A stretch of DNA of 64,000 bases from Malacoraja senta (lineage: Eukaryota): assembly GCA_038087875.1 (NCBI GenBank), contig CM075988.1, positions 23,810,001 to 23,874,000 on the forward strand, given 5' to 3'. A program made the translations under genes and the position numbers. Under the pieces are notes generated by a model. The model saw nothing but the letters and a program-made list of their open reading frames with translations, was not told where the DNA came from and searched no databases. How positions within the stretch are numbered: the stretch's first letter is position 1; the number at the start of each line of letters is the position of its first letter. Below are positions 1 through 11,149 of this stretch, in pieces.

Positions 1-327
1 ATTTGTGCATTGTCACCCTTGACCGCCCGACCCCAGTTCGCAGTCAGTTGAGACATCTCCAGTTCAGCCGGTGTTGATCAGCGTCTGGGGGTAAGGGCTC
101 CGCTGCTGGTGTGTGCCCATCATGGTGGAATTAGGGACAGTTGTCTATGACAACATTGGATCCTGAATACATTGACTGTGGGTTTCAGAGGAACTCATCA
201 CCAAACTAGCTGCCGAAGAGTTCTTGTACGTTGATGGGGGATGGGAGAAAAATGCCTTGGGTTCAGGTCAGGGCCCCTCCCACTCCGTGATGTGGCATCT
301 AGAGTCACTGTAGGTAAGATTACTTAC

Positions 328-386
328 GTGAGATGGTCGTGAATCCCAGCATGTTGCTCGTCCTGGTGCCAACACGATAAGACACA
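328..386 (-). CDS. UPK2: Uroplakin-2 coding exon 4 ((N)VSYRVGTRTSNMLGFTTIS); final transmembrane exon lies beyond position 1
   Basis: Acceptor ctccttctccccag|, donor C|GTAAGT; 59 nt, phase 2-1, in frame with exon 3. Corresponds to mammalian ISYLVKKGTATESSREIPMSTLP. Confidence 0.9.
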
Positions 387-464
387 CTGGGGAGAAGGAG
401 AGCAGAGTGAGCTGGAACCACGGAAGATGCTTACATCAATGAGGAAGGGGCAGTGAGAAAGTGT

Positions 465-1063
465 GGCACGGTGGCGCAGTGGTAGAGTTGCTGCCTCACA
501 GCGCCAGAGACCCGGGTTTCGATCCTGACAATAGACAATAGGTGCAGGAGTAGGACATTCGGCCCTTCGAACCAGCACCGCCATTCAATGTGATCATGGC
601 TGATCATCCCTAATCGGTACCCCGTTCCTGCCCTTCTCCCCATATCCCCTGACTCCGCTATTTTTAAGACCCCTATCTAGACTATGGGTGCTGTCTGTAC
701 GGAGTTTCTACATTTGCCATGTGACTGCGTTGGTTTCCCCCGGGTGTTCCAGTTTCCTCCCACACTCCAAGGACGTGCAGGTTGGTATGTTCATGGGCTT
801 GGGTAAAATTGTAAATTGTCAATAGACAATAGACAATAGACAATAGGTGCAGGAGTAGGCCATTCGTCCCTTCGAGCCAGCACTGCCATTCAATGTGATC
901 ATGGCTGATCATCCCCAATCAGTACCACGTTCCTGCCTTCTCCCCATATCCCTTGAGTGTGTAGAATAGTGCTAGTGTGCTGGGTGGTGGCTGGTTGGCA
1001 CGGACTCGATGGGCCGAAGGGCCTAGCTGTTTCCACGCTGTATCTCTAAATTAAACTAAAACT
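465..1063 (+). mobile_element. HE1/V-SINE-like tRNA-derived SINE interrupted by two CR1 3' tails
   Basis: Pol III A box (GGTGGCGCAGTGG) and B box (GTTTCGATCC), SINE body, (CTAAA)n tail; CR1 tails inserted at ~530-680 and ~821-950. Confidence 0.85.
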
Positions 1064-2000
1064 GATGAAGGTGAGGGATGCAGAGCACTAGGGGACGAGA
1101 GGAAGGCACTGTCGACGTCTGCAGGTGTGAGAGACCTGCAGAGGTGAGGTGGAGCGGAGGATTCTTGGGGAAGTCCAGATGGGGGGATTCTAGAGGAAAG
1201 AGGATGGGACGAGGGGTTCAAGGGGAGAGGTTGGGAACGATGTAGTGGAGACATGCCGAGAAAACAAGAGATATAGCAGAGGGGTAAGAGAAGGGTTCGT
1301 TCATAAGTTGTAGAAGCAGAATCAGGCCCTTCGGCCCATCAAATCTGACTCCCGCCATTCAATCGTGGCTGATCTATCTCTCCCTCGCAACCCCATTTCC
1401 TGCCTTCTCCTCATAACCCCTGACACCCCGTACTAATCAAGAATCTATCAATCTCTGCCGTAGAAATATCTGTAGACTTGGTCTCCACAGCCTTCTGTGG
1501 CGATGAATTCCACAGATTCACCGGCCTCTGAATAGAGAAGGGTCATTGCTCTGGGGAAAATGTGCAGATAGACAACAGACAATCGACAATAGGTGCAGGA
1601 GTAGGCCATTCGGCCCTTCGAGCCAGCACCGCCATTCAATGTGATCATAGCTGATCGTCCCCAATCAGTACCCCGTTCCTGCCTTCTCCCCATATCCCCT
1701 GATGTGCGATGGAGGGGGTGGGTGGGGGGGGGGTGGGATTGAGCAGGAGGACCTGGACAAAAGGTCTGGGAAGGGTTTCTACCAGGAGATGTGGGAGAAA
1801 GTGTACGGGTGAGGGGATGTAATGGAGTTGGCAGCTGATGTACTGGTGTAAGAAGAGGGGACACAAAGTTACTGGGAGGAGATGGAACATTGGATATGAT
1901 GACGGGGGCAGGATTTGCAATCCAGCATGGGGTGGGCATTTAACTAAGTAGCGAAGGGATGTAATGGTTTGGAGGTTGATATAAAGCAAATGGAGTGTTA

Positions 2001-2347
2001 AGGGCCTGTCCCACTGTACGAGGTAATTCAAGAGTTCTCCCGAGTTTCCCCCTGATTCAAACTCGGAGAATGTCCGTAGTGGGTATGTAGGAGTTCGTGG
2101 ATGTCACGTACCGGCTCGTACGAGTAACGGTAGGTACTCGGGAAATCCGGTAAACGCGTGACGTTTTTTCAACACTGTGAAAAATGTCCACGAGTAAAAA
2201 AAATACTCGTGATGAAAAAAATTGTTACTTTTTACTCCGACGAGCCGCTACGAGACATCCACGAACTCCTAGGGACCGGCTACGGACATTCTCCAAGTTT
2301 GAATCAGGGAAAACCCGGGAATTACCTTGTACAGTGGGACAGGCCCT
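2001..2347. mobile_element. PIF/Harbinger-like MITE
   Basis: TIRs AGGGCCTGTCCCACTGTAC / GTACAGTGGGACAGGCCCT, long subterminal inverted repeats, TTA/TGA flanks. Confidence 0.8.
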
Positions 2348-2462
2348 TGATGGTGTGCAAAGGGGATGTCTTTGTTAGGGAACTCGGCCTGGATAGCATG
2401 GATGTGGAGAGGATGTTTCCACTAGTGGGAGAGTCCAGGACCAAAGGTCATAGCCTCAGAAT

Positions 2463-2944
2463 CAGTGCTTCCACACCTCAAAAAAACATTTCCTGAAATC
2501 GAATTCCAAATTACCTGGAATTTGTTGCTATTTCCCAGCTGGGTAAGCTTTCCACAACTGCGCGCGCGCGGAAACCGGGCCCATTGCGCACGCTCGGGGA
2601 GACGGCGTCCCTACCGCGTCACCGGCGCCATTTTCAATTGTGTCGGGGCTGAAGGGCCTCCCCCAACTGCGCAGGCACGGATGGACGTAAATATACAGGT
2701 ACATACTTTTTTTCCACAAATCACCCTGATTGGACACTTTGGCGTCTCCCCGCGCCCGCGCAGTGGGCCCGGATTCCGCGCGTGCGCAGTCGTGGCGGCA
2801 GTCGCACGCGCGCAGTTGGGGAAGGCTTTACCGGGCCAGGAAATTTCCCGAAATTTCCCGAAATTATTTCATTTCCCTAAAATTACCCGAAGACAACCAG
2901 AATGTCCCGAATTTCAGGTAATTTCCTTCAGTGTGGAAACACTG
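2463..2944. mobile_element. hAT-type non-autonomous DNA transposon (CpG-rich MITE) in UPK2 intron 3
   Basis: TIRs CAGTGCTTCCACAC / GTGTGGAAACACTG; perfect 8-bp TSD CTCAGAAT (2455-2462, 2945-2952); removing it restores a contiguous CR1 fragment. Confidence 0.9.
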
Positions 2945-3799
2945 CTCAGAATTAAAGGATGTTCATTTTGGAAGGAGATGAGGAGGAATTTGTTTAGTCA
3001 GAGGGTGGCGAATCTGTGGAATTCCAATATTGGCACAGAAGGCTATGGAGGCTAAGTTAGTGGATATTTTTTTACGGCAGAGATGGATAGATTCTTGATT
3101 AGCACGGTTTTCAGAGGTTTACTGGGATGGGGTTTGGAGGGAGAGATACATCAACCATGATTGAATGGCAGAGGAGACTTGATGGTCCTGATTCTGCTCC
3201 TATCACTTGTGAGTTTATGCGCTGGTGTCGAGGAGGTGTAATGCATGGGCCTGGGCTGGAATGACGTCGAGGAGCGGTTTTGTAACGCTACGCGAGAGGG
3301 GTCGGGATGTGATGAGATGGGAGAAAGATGGAGTTGGCAGGATTAGCAGAGTGGCTGAACGAGAGGATCCGTGGTAGGATGGAAATGAGGTGGGAGGCAG
3401 ATGCAGGGGTCAGGGAAGGGATGTGGTAGAACAGGGTGTAGGGGAGGTGACAGGGCAATGATTCAGAGGGTATTTTGTTATTACAGAATAAATTACTCTT
3501 CCCAATAGTGTCAGAAAGAGGCAGAGGCTTGAATCACACTGACCATGGCACAGTTCCCTCCTTGCTCCAGTAAGACAATAGACAATAGACAATAGGTGCA
3601 GGAGTAGGACATTCGGCCCTTCGAGCCAGCACCGCCATTCATTATGATCATGGCTGATCATCCCCAATCAGTACCCCGTTCTTGCCTTCTCCCCATATCC
3701 CTTGACTCCGCTATCTTTAAGAACCCTATCCAACTCTGGAGTTAGATGGGGAATTCTCTCCAACCCCGAACTCTCCCCAGCTCCCCTCTCCTCACTTAC

Positions 3800-3941
3800 T
3801 TGTACATAGTGCTTGGTTGCAGCATGTTCACCAGGTAGCCCAGGTTCAATGTTTGGTAGATGCCATCAACGTTAGACACCAGGCTGATTAAATCACGTCT
3901 GTTCCGACAGACGGGCATCACAAAGTTGCGTTGCATTGGCC
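3800..3941 (-). CDS. UPK2: Uroplakin-2 coding exon 3 ((G)PMQRNFVMPVCRNRRDLISLVSNVDGIYQTLNLGYLVNMLQPSTMY)
   Basis: Acceptor ttctcctctctcag|, donor AA|GTAAGT; 142 nt, phase 1-2. FVMPVCRNRRDLISLV matches mammalian FVVPPCRGRRELVSVV (furin site); GYLVNMLQPSTMY matches AYQVTNLVPGTKF. Confidence 0.95.
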
Positions 3942-3988
3942 CTGAGAGAGGAGAATCACAGATTAGCAGCTGCATTGGAAAGAAAAAT

Positions 3989-4308
3989 GGCACGGTGGCG
4001 CAGCGGTAGAATTGCTGCCATACAGCGCCAGAGACACGGGTTCGATCCTGACTACGGGCGCTTGTCTGTACGGAGTTTGTACATTCTCCCCGTGACCTGC
4101 GTGGGTTTTCTCTGAGATGTTATTTTTCCTCCCACACTCCAAAGACATGCAGGTTTGTAGGATAATTGTCTTGGTATCAATGTGTAATTGTCCCTAGTGT
4201 GTGTAGGATAGTGTTAGTGTGCGGGGATCGCTGGTCGGTGCGGACTCGGTGGGCCGAAATGCCTGATTCAGTATCTGATTCTGCGCTGTACCTCGAAACT
4301 AAACTAAA
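3989..4308 (+). mobile_element. HE1/V-SINE-like SINE (UPK2 intron 2)
   Basis: GGCACGGTGGCGCAGCGGTAGA...GGTTCGATCC head; CR1-like 3' end; (CTAAA)n tail. Confidence 0.88.
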
Positions 4309-4489
4309 CGTGGTGTAGGAAGGAACTGCAGATGTTAGCTTACACTGAAGATCAAGACACAAAATGGTGGAGGAACTCAGCGGGTCAGGCGGCATCTCTG
4401 GAGAAAAGGAATAGATGACGTTTTGGGTCGAGACTCTTCTTAAGACTGAGAAGGGTCAGAGTACCTCCAGCATTTGTGAAAGAGTTTGA

Positions 4490-4770
4490 AAACGCACACT
4501 TCGAGATTCAGGGACAGTTTCATCCCATTCAACAACTAGAGAGCAGTCCTGAGCTCCCATCTACCTCATTGGAGACCCTTGGACTATCTTTGATCGGACC
4601 TTACTGGCTTTATCTTGCTCTGAATGTTATTCCCACAATATTCCCTTTATCATGCATCCGTACAACTGTGTGATCGGTTCAATTGCAATCATGTATTGCC
4701 TTGTCACTGGCTGGTTAGCACGCAACAAAAGCTTTTCACTGTACATGTGCCTATGCAATAAACTAAACTC
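4490..4770 (+). mobile_element. Recurrent non-LTR 3'-end family (GAGACCCTCGGACTATCTTTGATCGGAC...CAACAAAAGCTTTTCACTGTAC...AATAAACTAAAC)
   Basis: Related copies at ~5570-5690, 14260-14370, 23350-23555, 34390-34545, 47660-47765, 48560-48660, 51735-51945; superfamily not assigned. Confidence 0.65.
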
Positions 4771-4836
4771 AGACTCATTGTGTCTCTATGTTTGGAAAGA
4801 AGCAGGAAGAAGAATTGCGATTGGGATTGAGGATAC

Positions 4837-4977
4837 CTGGTCCAGTTGAGTTGGTCAAGGTGACTATGACATTCTCTGTGGCCAAATTGCAAGGAGGCAG
4901 AGTTACGATCGCTGACATGGAGCGGAGATTCCCCACGATCAGACCCGTATCCTCATTCGCCAGCGAGATCTGAAAAT
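4837..4977 (-). CDS. UPK2: Uroplakin-2 coding exon 2 (pro-region: (D)FQISLANEDTGLIVGNLRSMSAIVTLPPCNLATENVIVTLTNSTGP)
   Basis: Acceptor ...ttctttaatgtgaacag|, donor CAG|GTATCC; 141 nt, phase 1-1. Aligns by eye to mammalian UPK2 DFNISSLSG...LLVALPPCHLTGGNATLMV. Confidence 0.93.
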
Positions 4978-5880
4978 CTGTTCACATTAAAGAAGGAAAA
5001 AGTTAGAGGACATAAGATGGATCCGATCCTGATTAAATCTTATCTTTGAATGCTTCATTGTCTTCTTCCCCCAGCTAACAACGATCTATTCTATGGTAGA
5101 CAAAAGTGCTGGAGAAACTCAGCGGGTGAGGCAGCATCTATGGAACCAAGGAAATAGGCAACGTTTCGGGCCGAAACCTACATTTTCTTTGAACTTCATC
5201 CCCTTTGATCTCTTGTTTTCACACCTCACCCTTCCATATCTCTGTGTCTCCCTCTCCCCTGATTCTCAGTCTGAATAAAGGTCTCAACAGGAAACAGCAA
5301 CCATTCCTTCTCTCCAGAGATGCTGCCTGCCCTGCTGTGTCACTGCAGCCTTTTGTGTCTATCTTCAGAGAGATCTCTGACATCTTTCTTGTTACTAATA
5401 TACACGGAATATATAACACAGAACTAGGAAATGTGCTATAAAAAAAAAGGGCACAACATGCTGGAGTAACTCAGCGGGTCAGGCAGCATCGCTGTGAACA
5501 TGGACAGGTGAGGTTTCGGGTCGGGACCCTTCCGGGTCTTGTTTTTCTCCCCAGTTGTTAAAATGCAATGTCTGAACACACTGTGACTGTCTCGATTGTG
5601 ATCACATATTGTCTTTCTGCTGACTGGTTAGCACGCAACAAAAGCTTTGCACTGTACCTTGGTACACGTGACAATAAGCTGAACTCAACTCCAGTGGGCC
5701 CTGCCTATGCAAATATGTCACATTCCACTTCAGGGTTGGGCGGTTGGTAGTGCAGTTGGTAGTGTCCCAACCTGACAGTTCCAAAGTCATGGGTTCAATC
5801 CTGGCCTTGGATGCCATTCAAGTAGATTGTACACATTCTCCCCGTGACCCATGTTGTAGGTCTCCTCCAGGTGCTCTGGT

Positions 5881-6186
5881 TTAGTTTAGAGATACAGTGC
5901 GGAAACAGGCCCTTTGGCCCACCGAGTCCGCACCGACCAGCGATCCCCGCACATTAACACTATCCTACACACACTAGGGACAATTTTACATTTATACCAA
6001 GCCAATTAACCTGCAAACCTGTACGTCTTTGGAGGGGGGGGGGGGGGGGGACCATAGATCTCGGAGAAAACCGTTGCGATCACGGGGAGAATGTAAAAAC
6101 GTCGTACAGACAGCACCCGTGGTCAGGATCGAACCCGGGTCCCTGGCGCTGTAAGGCAGCAACTCTACCGCTGCATCACCGTGCCA
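5881..6186 (-). mobile_element. HE1/V-SINE-like SINE
   Basis: Full reverse-complement copy. Other copies at ~8217-8490(+), 10613-11320(+), 25806-26462(-, split), 35019-35325(+), 40295-40462(+), 42250-42570(-), 42955-43160(+), 50150-50393(-), 58022-58460(-). Confidence 0.88.
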
Positions 6187-6763
6187 CCCTCCCAACCCGA
6201 TCTGCCAACCCACCTCACTGCGGCCCTTGCACTTTTTCACATTTTATCTGCACTTTCTCTCTAAGTGTAACATCACGTTCGACATCATTCTCTTTGCACT
6301 CCCTGTTGTACTGGCCTTGCCTAGATTGCCCTCATGTGTGGTGTGATTTGACTGATAGCATGCACTGCAACATTTGTCACTGCATACACAAGGTACACAA
6401 TAATAAAGCTGTACCAATAACAATCCATCCTGTAATCCTTTCCTCTCTCCACCTGGTAACCCCTCTCAAAGACAGAGCTCAGAGTGAAGTATTGCTTGTG
6501 GGAGTCTAGTATTGAACGCACGATCGATGAGGCACACTCATTGGAAATGACTGTGTAATTAGGTTCTCAATACTGGAGATATTGATCTGGAAGAGGATGC
6601 GCCTGTGGTTCACTTATTAGAGTCATAGAGTGATACAGCGTGGAAACAGGCCCTTCGGCCCAACTTGCCCACACTGACCAACATATCCCAGCTACGCCAG
6701 TCCCACCTGCCTGCGTTTTGGCCCATATCCCTCCAAACATGTCCTATCCATGTACCTGTCTAA

Positions 6764-7094
6764 TAGCCCTGTCCCACGGTGCGAGTTCATTCCAAGAGCT
6801 CTCCCGAGTTTAAAAAAAAATCAAACTCGTGGTAAGCACGGAGAATGAACGTAGCGGGTACGTCGGAGCTCGGGGACGTCTCTTAACGGCTCGTAATGCT
6901 AGCGGCAGGTACTCGGGAAGACTCGCTAACGGCAGGTAAGCACGGGAAGACTCGTGAAGATCTTTCAACATGTTGAAAAATGTCCACGAGAGCCCCGAGT
7001 ACCGACGAGTGGCCATTACCGTAAATCTCCGAGTTCGAATCAGGGCAAACTCGGGAGAGCTCTTGGAATGAACTCGTACCGTGGGACAGGGCTT
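6764..7094. mobile_element. PIF/Harbinger-like MITE inserted in a CR1 fragment
   Basis: TIRs AGCCCTGTCCCACGGT / ACCGTGGGACAGGGCT; 3-bp TAA TSD; flanks rejoin to the CR1 sequence seen uninterrupted near 36100. Confidence 0.88.
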
Positions 7095-9239
7095 TAACTG
7101 TTTCTTAAACGTTGGGATAGTCCCAGCCTCAACTACCTCCTCTGGCAGCTCATGCAATACACCCACCACCCTTTGTGTGAAAAAGCCACCGCTCAGATTC
7201 CTATTAAATCTTTTCCCCTTCACCTTAAACCTATGTCCTCTGGTCCTCTGCCAATGGATTTCGGGGACTTTCAGAAGCACCAGGTGTATCTCTCTAGTGT
7301 TTGTAGGGGGTCCCTGTGTCAGAACGATACAACCTGCTGGAGATCAGTGATACCAGGTACACATATGCATGGGATCAGGTCTGAGTCTTGACCTTCAGTC
7401 AGCCCAAGTCCATCCTTGCCCACTGAAGGCATTGGATGGAGCGGATGTTTCCACAAGTGGGAGAGTCTAGGGCCAGTGGAAAGAGCTTCTGAATAAAAGA
7501 ACATATCTTTAGAATGGAGATGAGGAAGGATTTCTTCAGCAAGAGAGTGGTGAATCTGTGGTATCTGTGGCAGGCCCAGTCACTGGGCATTTTTAAAGTG
7601 GAAACCAATAGGTTCTTGATTAGTAAGGGCATCAAAAATTACGGGGAAAAGGCAGGAGAATGGTGTTGAGAGGGGAAAACAAATTAGCCGTGATCGAATG
7701 GCGGAGTAGACTTGATGGGTGGAATGGCCCAACTCTGCTCCTCTGCCTTATGGTCTTATGGTAAGTTTTCTCATCAGTGTTGCTTTTATTGACAGGTGGC
7801 TCCTACTAAAGGGCGTTTGGTCCAAGTATTCATAAGTTTATGTTCTTAAGTTACAGGAGCAGAATTAGGCCATTCGGCCCATCAAGTCCACGCCACCATT
7901 CAATCATGGCTAATCTATCTTTCCCTCTCAACCCCATTTCACCTGCCTTCTCCCCATAACCATTGACACCTGTACTAATCAAGAATCTATCTGTCTCTGC
8001 CTTAAAAGATATCCACTGACAAGGCCTCCGCAGCCTTCTGAGGCAATGAAAGAGACCACACTGAGACAGCTCCTTCAGCCCACCTTGCCCATGCTGCCAT
8101 TTTTGCCCAATACACCAATCGCATTTGCCCACATTGGGACCCCACCTCCCTGTCCTGATTATTTAGTGCCTGTCTAAATGCCTCTTAAACACAGCGATTG
8201 CATTAGACTTCCACCAGGCAGCACGGTGGCATGGCGGTAGAGTTGCTGCCTCACAGCGCCAGAGACTTCGGTTCGATCCTGACTACAGGTGTTGTCTGCG
8301 CAGAGTTTGTACGTTCTTCCAGTGACCGCGTGGGTTTTCAACGGGTGCTCCGATTTCCTCCCACATTCCAAAGACCTACAGGTTAATTGGCTTCTGTAAA
8401 TTGTCCCTAGTGTGTAGGATCGAACTGGTGTACGGGTTGTTGGTCGGCATGGACTCAGTGGGCCAAAGTGGCCCTGTTTCCATCTCCAAACGATTTAGAT
8501 ATTTAGATTTAGATTTAGATATTTATTTGTTGTCGTTTGAACCTAAGTTCAAACGAAATTCTGTTTCTGCAGTCATACAAACAATTAAAAAAGACACAAC
8601 ACAATTTACACAAACATCCATCACAGTGAGTCTCCTCCTCACTGTGATGGAAGGCAAAGTCGATACAAAACTAAACAAAACTAAACTATAGAGAAACAAG
8701 GAACTGCAGGTGCTAATTTACACACAACAAAAACACAAAGTGCTGGAGTAACTCAAGGGGTCAGGGAGCAAGAGGTCCGAAGAGGGGTCCCGACCCAAAG
8801 TGTCACCTATCCAGGTTCTCCAGAGATGTTGCCAGCCCCAGATACTCCAGCACTTTGTGTCTTGTCTTGTAGATTAGCTCCAAGTGGAAAGCTTGTTGGA
8901 GTTGAGGACAGGAGTTGGCCAGAACCACATGGACAACCCACTGCCATTACCAACCTGAGCACCAGAGGGAGCACTAGCTCCATTCTTCATCATGCCCCCA
9001 GGTCCCACCCTTAGAGTGAACGAGAATGCAGGAATGTCAGATGAACCCAAGGCTGTGAGGGGTAATTAGGTGATTCACAGCAGGTAGCCAGGGACAGGGC
9101 GAGGGCAGTCACAACTAGCACAGGGACATGTTTGAAATGATCATTTGAAAGTCGCAAAAGTTCCAAAGGCTAAAGTTTAGGAGGACAAAAATGCGGAATA
9201 AACAGTGGAAGCTATCACAATGTGTCTAAGACTTTAGAA

Positions 9240-9255
9240 AAAATTATAGAAGGGG

Positions 9256-9298
<43 letters not shown>

Positions 9299-9580
9299 GG
9301 AAATTATAGAGGGGGAGAGAGGAAGAAGGGGGAAATTATAGAGGGAGAGAGAGAGAAGGGGAAAATTATAGAGGGGGAGAGAGGAAGAAGGGGGAAATTA
9401 TAGAGAGAGAGAGAAGGGGGAAATTATAGAGGGGGAGAGGGAGAGAGAGAGAAGGGGGAAATTATAGAGGGGGAGAGAGGAAGAAGGGGGAAATTATAGA
9501 GGGAGAGAGAGAGAGAAGGGGAAAATTATAGAGGGGGAGAGGGAGAGAGAGAGAAGGGGGAAATTATAGAGGGGGAGAAA
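9240..9580. repeat. Polypurine minisatellite (AAGGGGGAAATTATAGAGGG + GA repeats) in UPK2 intron 1
   Basis: About 10 copies of AAATTATAGA anchored in a G/A-only context. Confidence 0.9.
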
Positions 9581-9871
9581 TAGTTGGGGACAATTACAGA
9601 GGCAGAGAGGGAGACACACACAGGGGAGAGACAGACAAACAAACACATTGAAATAAAATGTAGCAAGGTGAGTGAGAAAGATATTGAATAAAATGATTAA
9701 CGGGGAGAGAGAAAAGTTGCCTGAAGAGTCGTGAGGGAAAGACACAGAAAAGATGGTGGTTGGGAATCAAACGAAAGGGCAGATAGAGGGAGTGGGCAGA
9801 CATTCAGTGGGAACAGGAGATGGGGTGGGGGGGAGAGGAGGCAATGGAACACAACTGGAGGAGCCACTTAC

Positions 9872-9920
9872 CTTGAGCCCATGAGATGGAGGCCAGAGCC
9901 AGGAGAATGAGCAGCTTCAT
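9872..9920 (-). CDS. UPK2: Uroplakin-2 coding exon 1 (signal peptide MKLLILLALASISWAQ)
   Basis: Minus strand reads gcacc-ATG (good Kozak), then 16 mostly hydrophobic codons + 1 nt, then donor G|GTAAGT. Phase 1 joins exon 2 to make Asp (G+AT). Confidence 0.9.
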
Positions 9921-10172
9921 GGTGCGGGGGGGATAACAGTGGCAGCGTGTGAGAGATCTCAGCAGAGGCACTGCCTGTCACTGTGGAGGATCCACGGAGG
10001 CAATGTGAGGAGTCACAGCCCCAACCAGGGCTTTGCTTCGATGGCCACAGCCAATCAAGCAAGCAACAAACAGGCCGAGCAGGTTCGACCAGAATCATTC
10101 GCTCGTCGTTGTTCCCTCACTGGGTTATTTCCATCCGCAGCCTCCACACCCAGCCCCCGGGGCCCCCAGCCA
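9921..10172 (-). promoter_or_regulatory. UPK2: UPK2 5' UTR and proximal promoter (putative)
   Basis: Only unique sequence between the ATG and the next repeat (CR1 tail at ~10175). Contains CCAAT (10051-10055, + strand) and a forkhead-like ACAAACA. No obvious TATA box; TSS not determinable. Confidence 0.5.
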
Positions 10173-10749
10173 AACAATAGACAGTAGGTGCAGGAGTAGG
10201 CCATTCGGCCCTTCGAGCCCAGCACCGCCATTCAATGTGATCATGGCTGATCATCCACAATCAGTGCCCCAAATCTGCCCACCGCAAGAACAAGTCGCAG
10301 AGGGGTTGTGTCCGAGTGGTCACGCCCATTCGGCCCATCGAGTTCATACTCACCCAATGCAAAACTAACTTCCCCCCCCCCCCCGAACACCAGATGACAT
10401 AGAAAATAGGTGCAGGAGTAGGCCATTCGGCCCTTCGAGCCAGCACCGCCATTCAATGTGTTCATGGCTGATCATCCAAACTCAGTACCCCGTTCCTGCT
10501 TTTTCCCCACATCCCTTGATTCCGTTTGCCCTAAGAGCTAAATGTCCTTCCATGTACTTTCAGTCTGAGGAAGGATCCCATCCCGAAACGTCACCCATCC
10601 TTTTTCTTCAGGTGTAGCGGGTAGAGTTGCTTCCTCACAGTGTCACAGACCTGTGTTCGATCCTGACTATGTGGAGTTTGTACGTTGTCCCCGTAACCTG
10701 CCTGCGTGGGTTTTCCCCGGGTGTTCTGGTTTCCTGCCACAATCCAAAG

Positions 10750-11149
10750 CAAAGATCCTATAGCGGAGCAAGATAGACCACTCCTGCTAAATGCAATGGG
10801 CTGACGTGTAGAGCGGAATGGAACGTGGGCCTTTTTTCCATCCATTTCCGTAACCCGACCCGACCCGACTCGCAGTGTAATCAACGTTGCGGGGGAACAG
10901 TTTGTGTTAATAAATTATAATTCTGAAAATGAGGAGAAGATTTTTACCAAAGAACTTTTATTTTTACGAGGATGTTTCCGTAACCGGCTTCCGTCTCCGC
11001 ACTAGTATCTTTGCTCCGCTATGGGATCTTTGGTGCGGAGACGGAAGCCGGTTACGGAAATGGGCCCGAAAATTACCCCATGAATCTGCCCATGACCGTA
11101 CTACGTCTTTTTCGTCAAGTGATCTATCTTGCTTGCTATAGGATCTTTT
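10750..11149. mobile_element. hAT-type MITE (~400 bp, family B) inserted in a SINE
   Basis: TIR CAAAGATCCTATAGC...GCTATAGGATCTTT; 8-bp TSD ATCCAAAG/CTCCAAAG; splits an HE1-like SINE. Confidence 0.88.

Noticed and set aside
1..327. Searched for UPK2 transmembrane exon 5
   Set aside because: No hydrophobic GGMVVITVLL-like frame on the minus strand; it must lie outside the window.
465..530. tRNA-like sequences with A and B boxes (many copies)
   Set aside because: They are heads of HE1/V-SINE-like SINEs continuing into a SINE body and tail, not tRNA genes.
2465..3055. 196-aa ORF
   Set aside because: Read-through of a GC-rich MITE into a CR1 fragment; no transposase or host-protein motifs.
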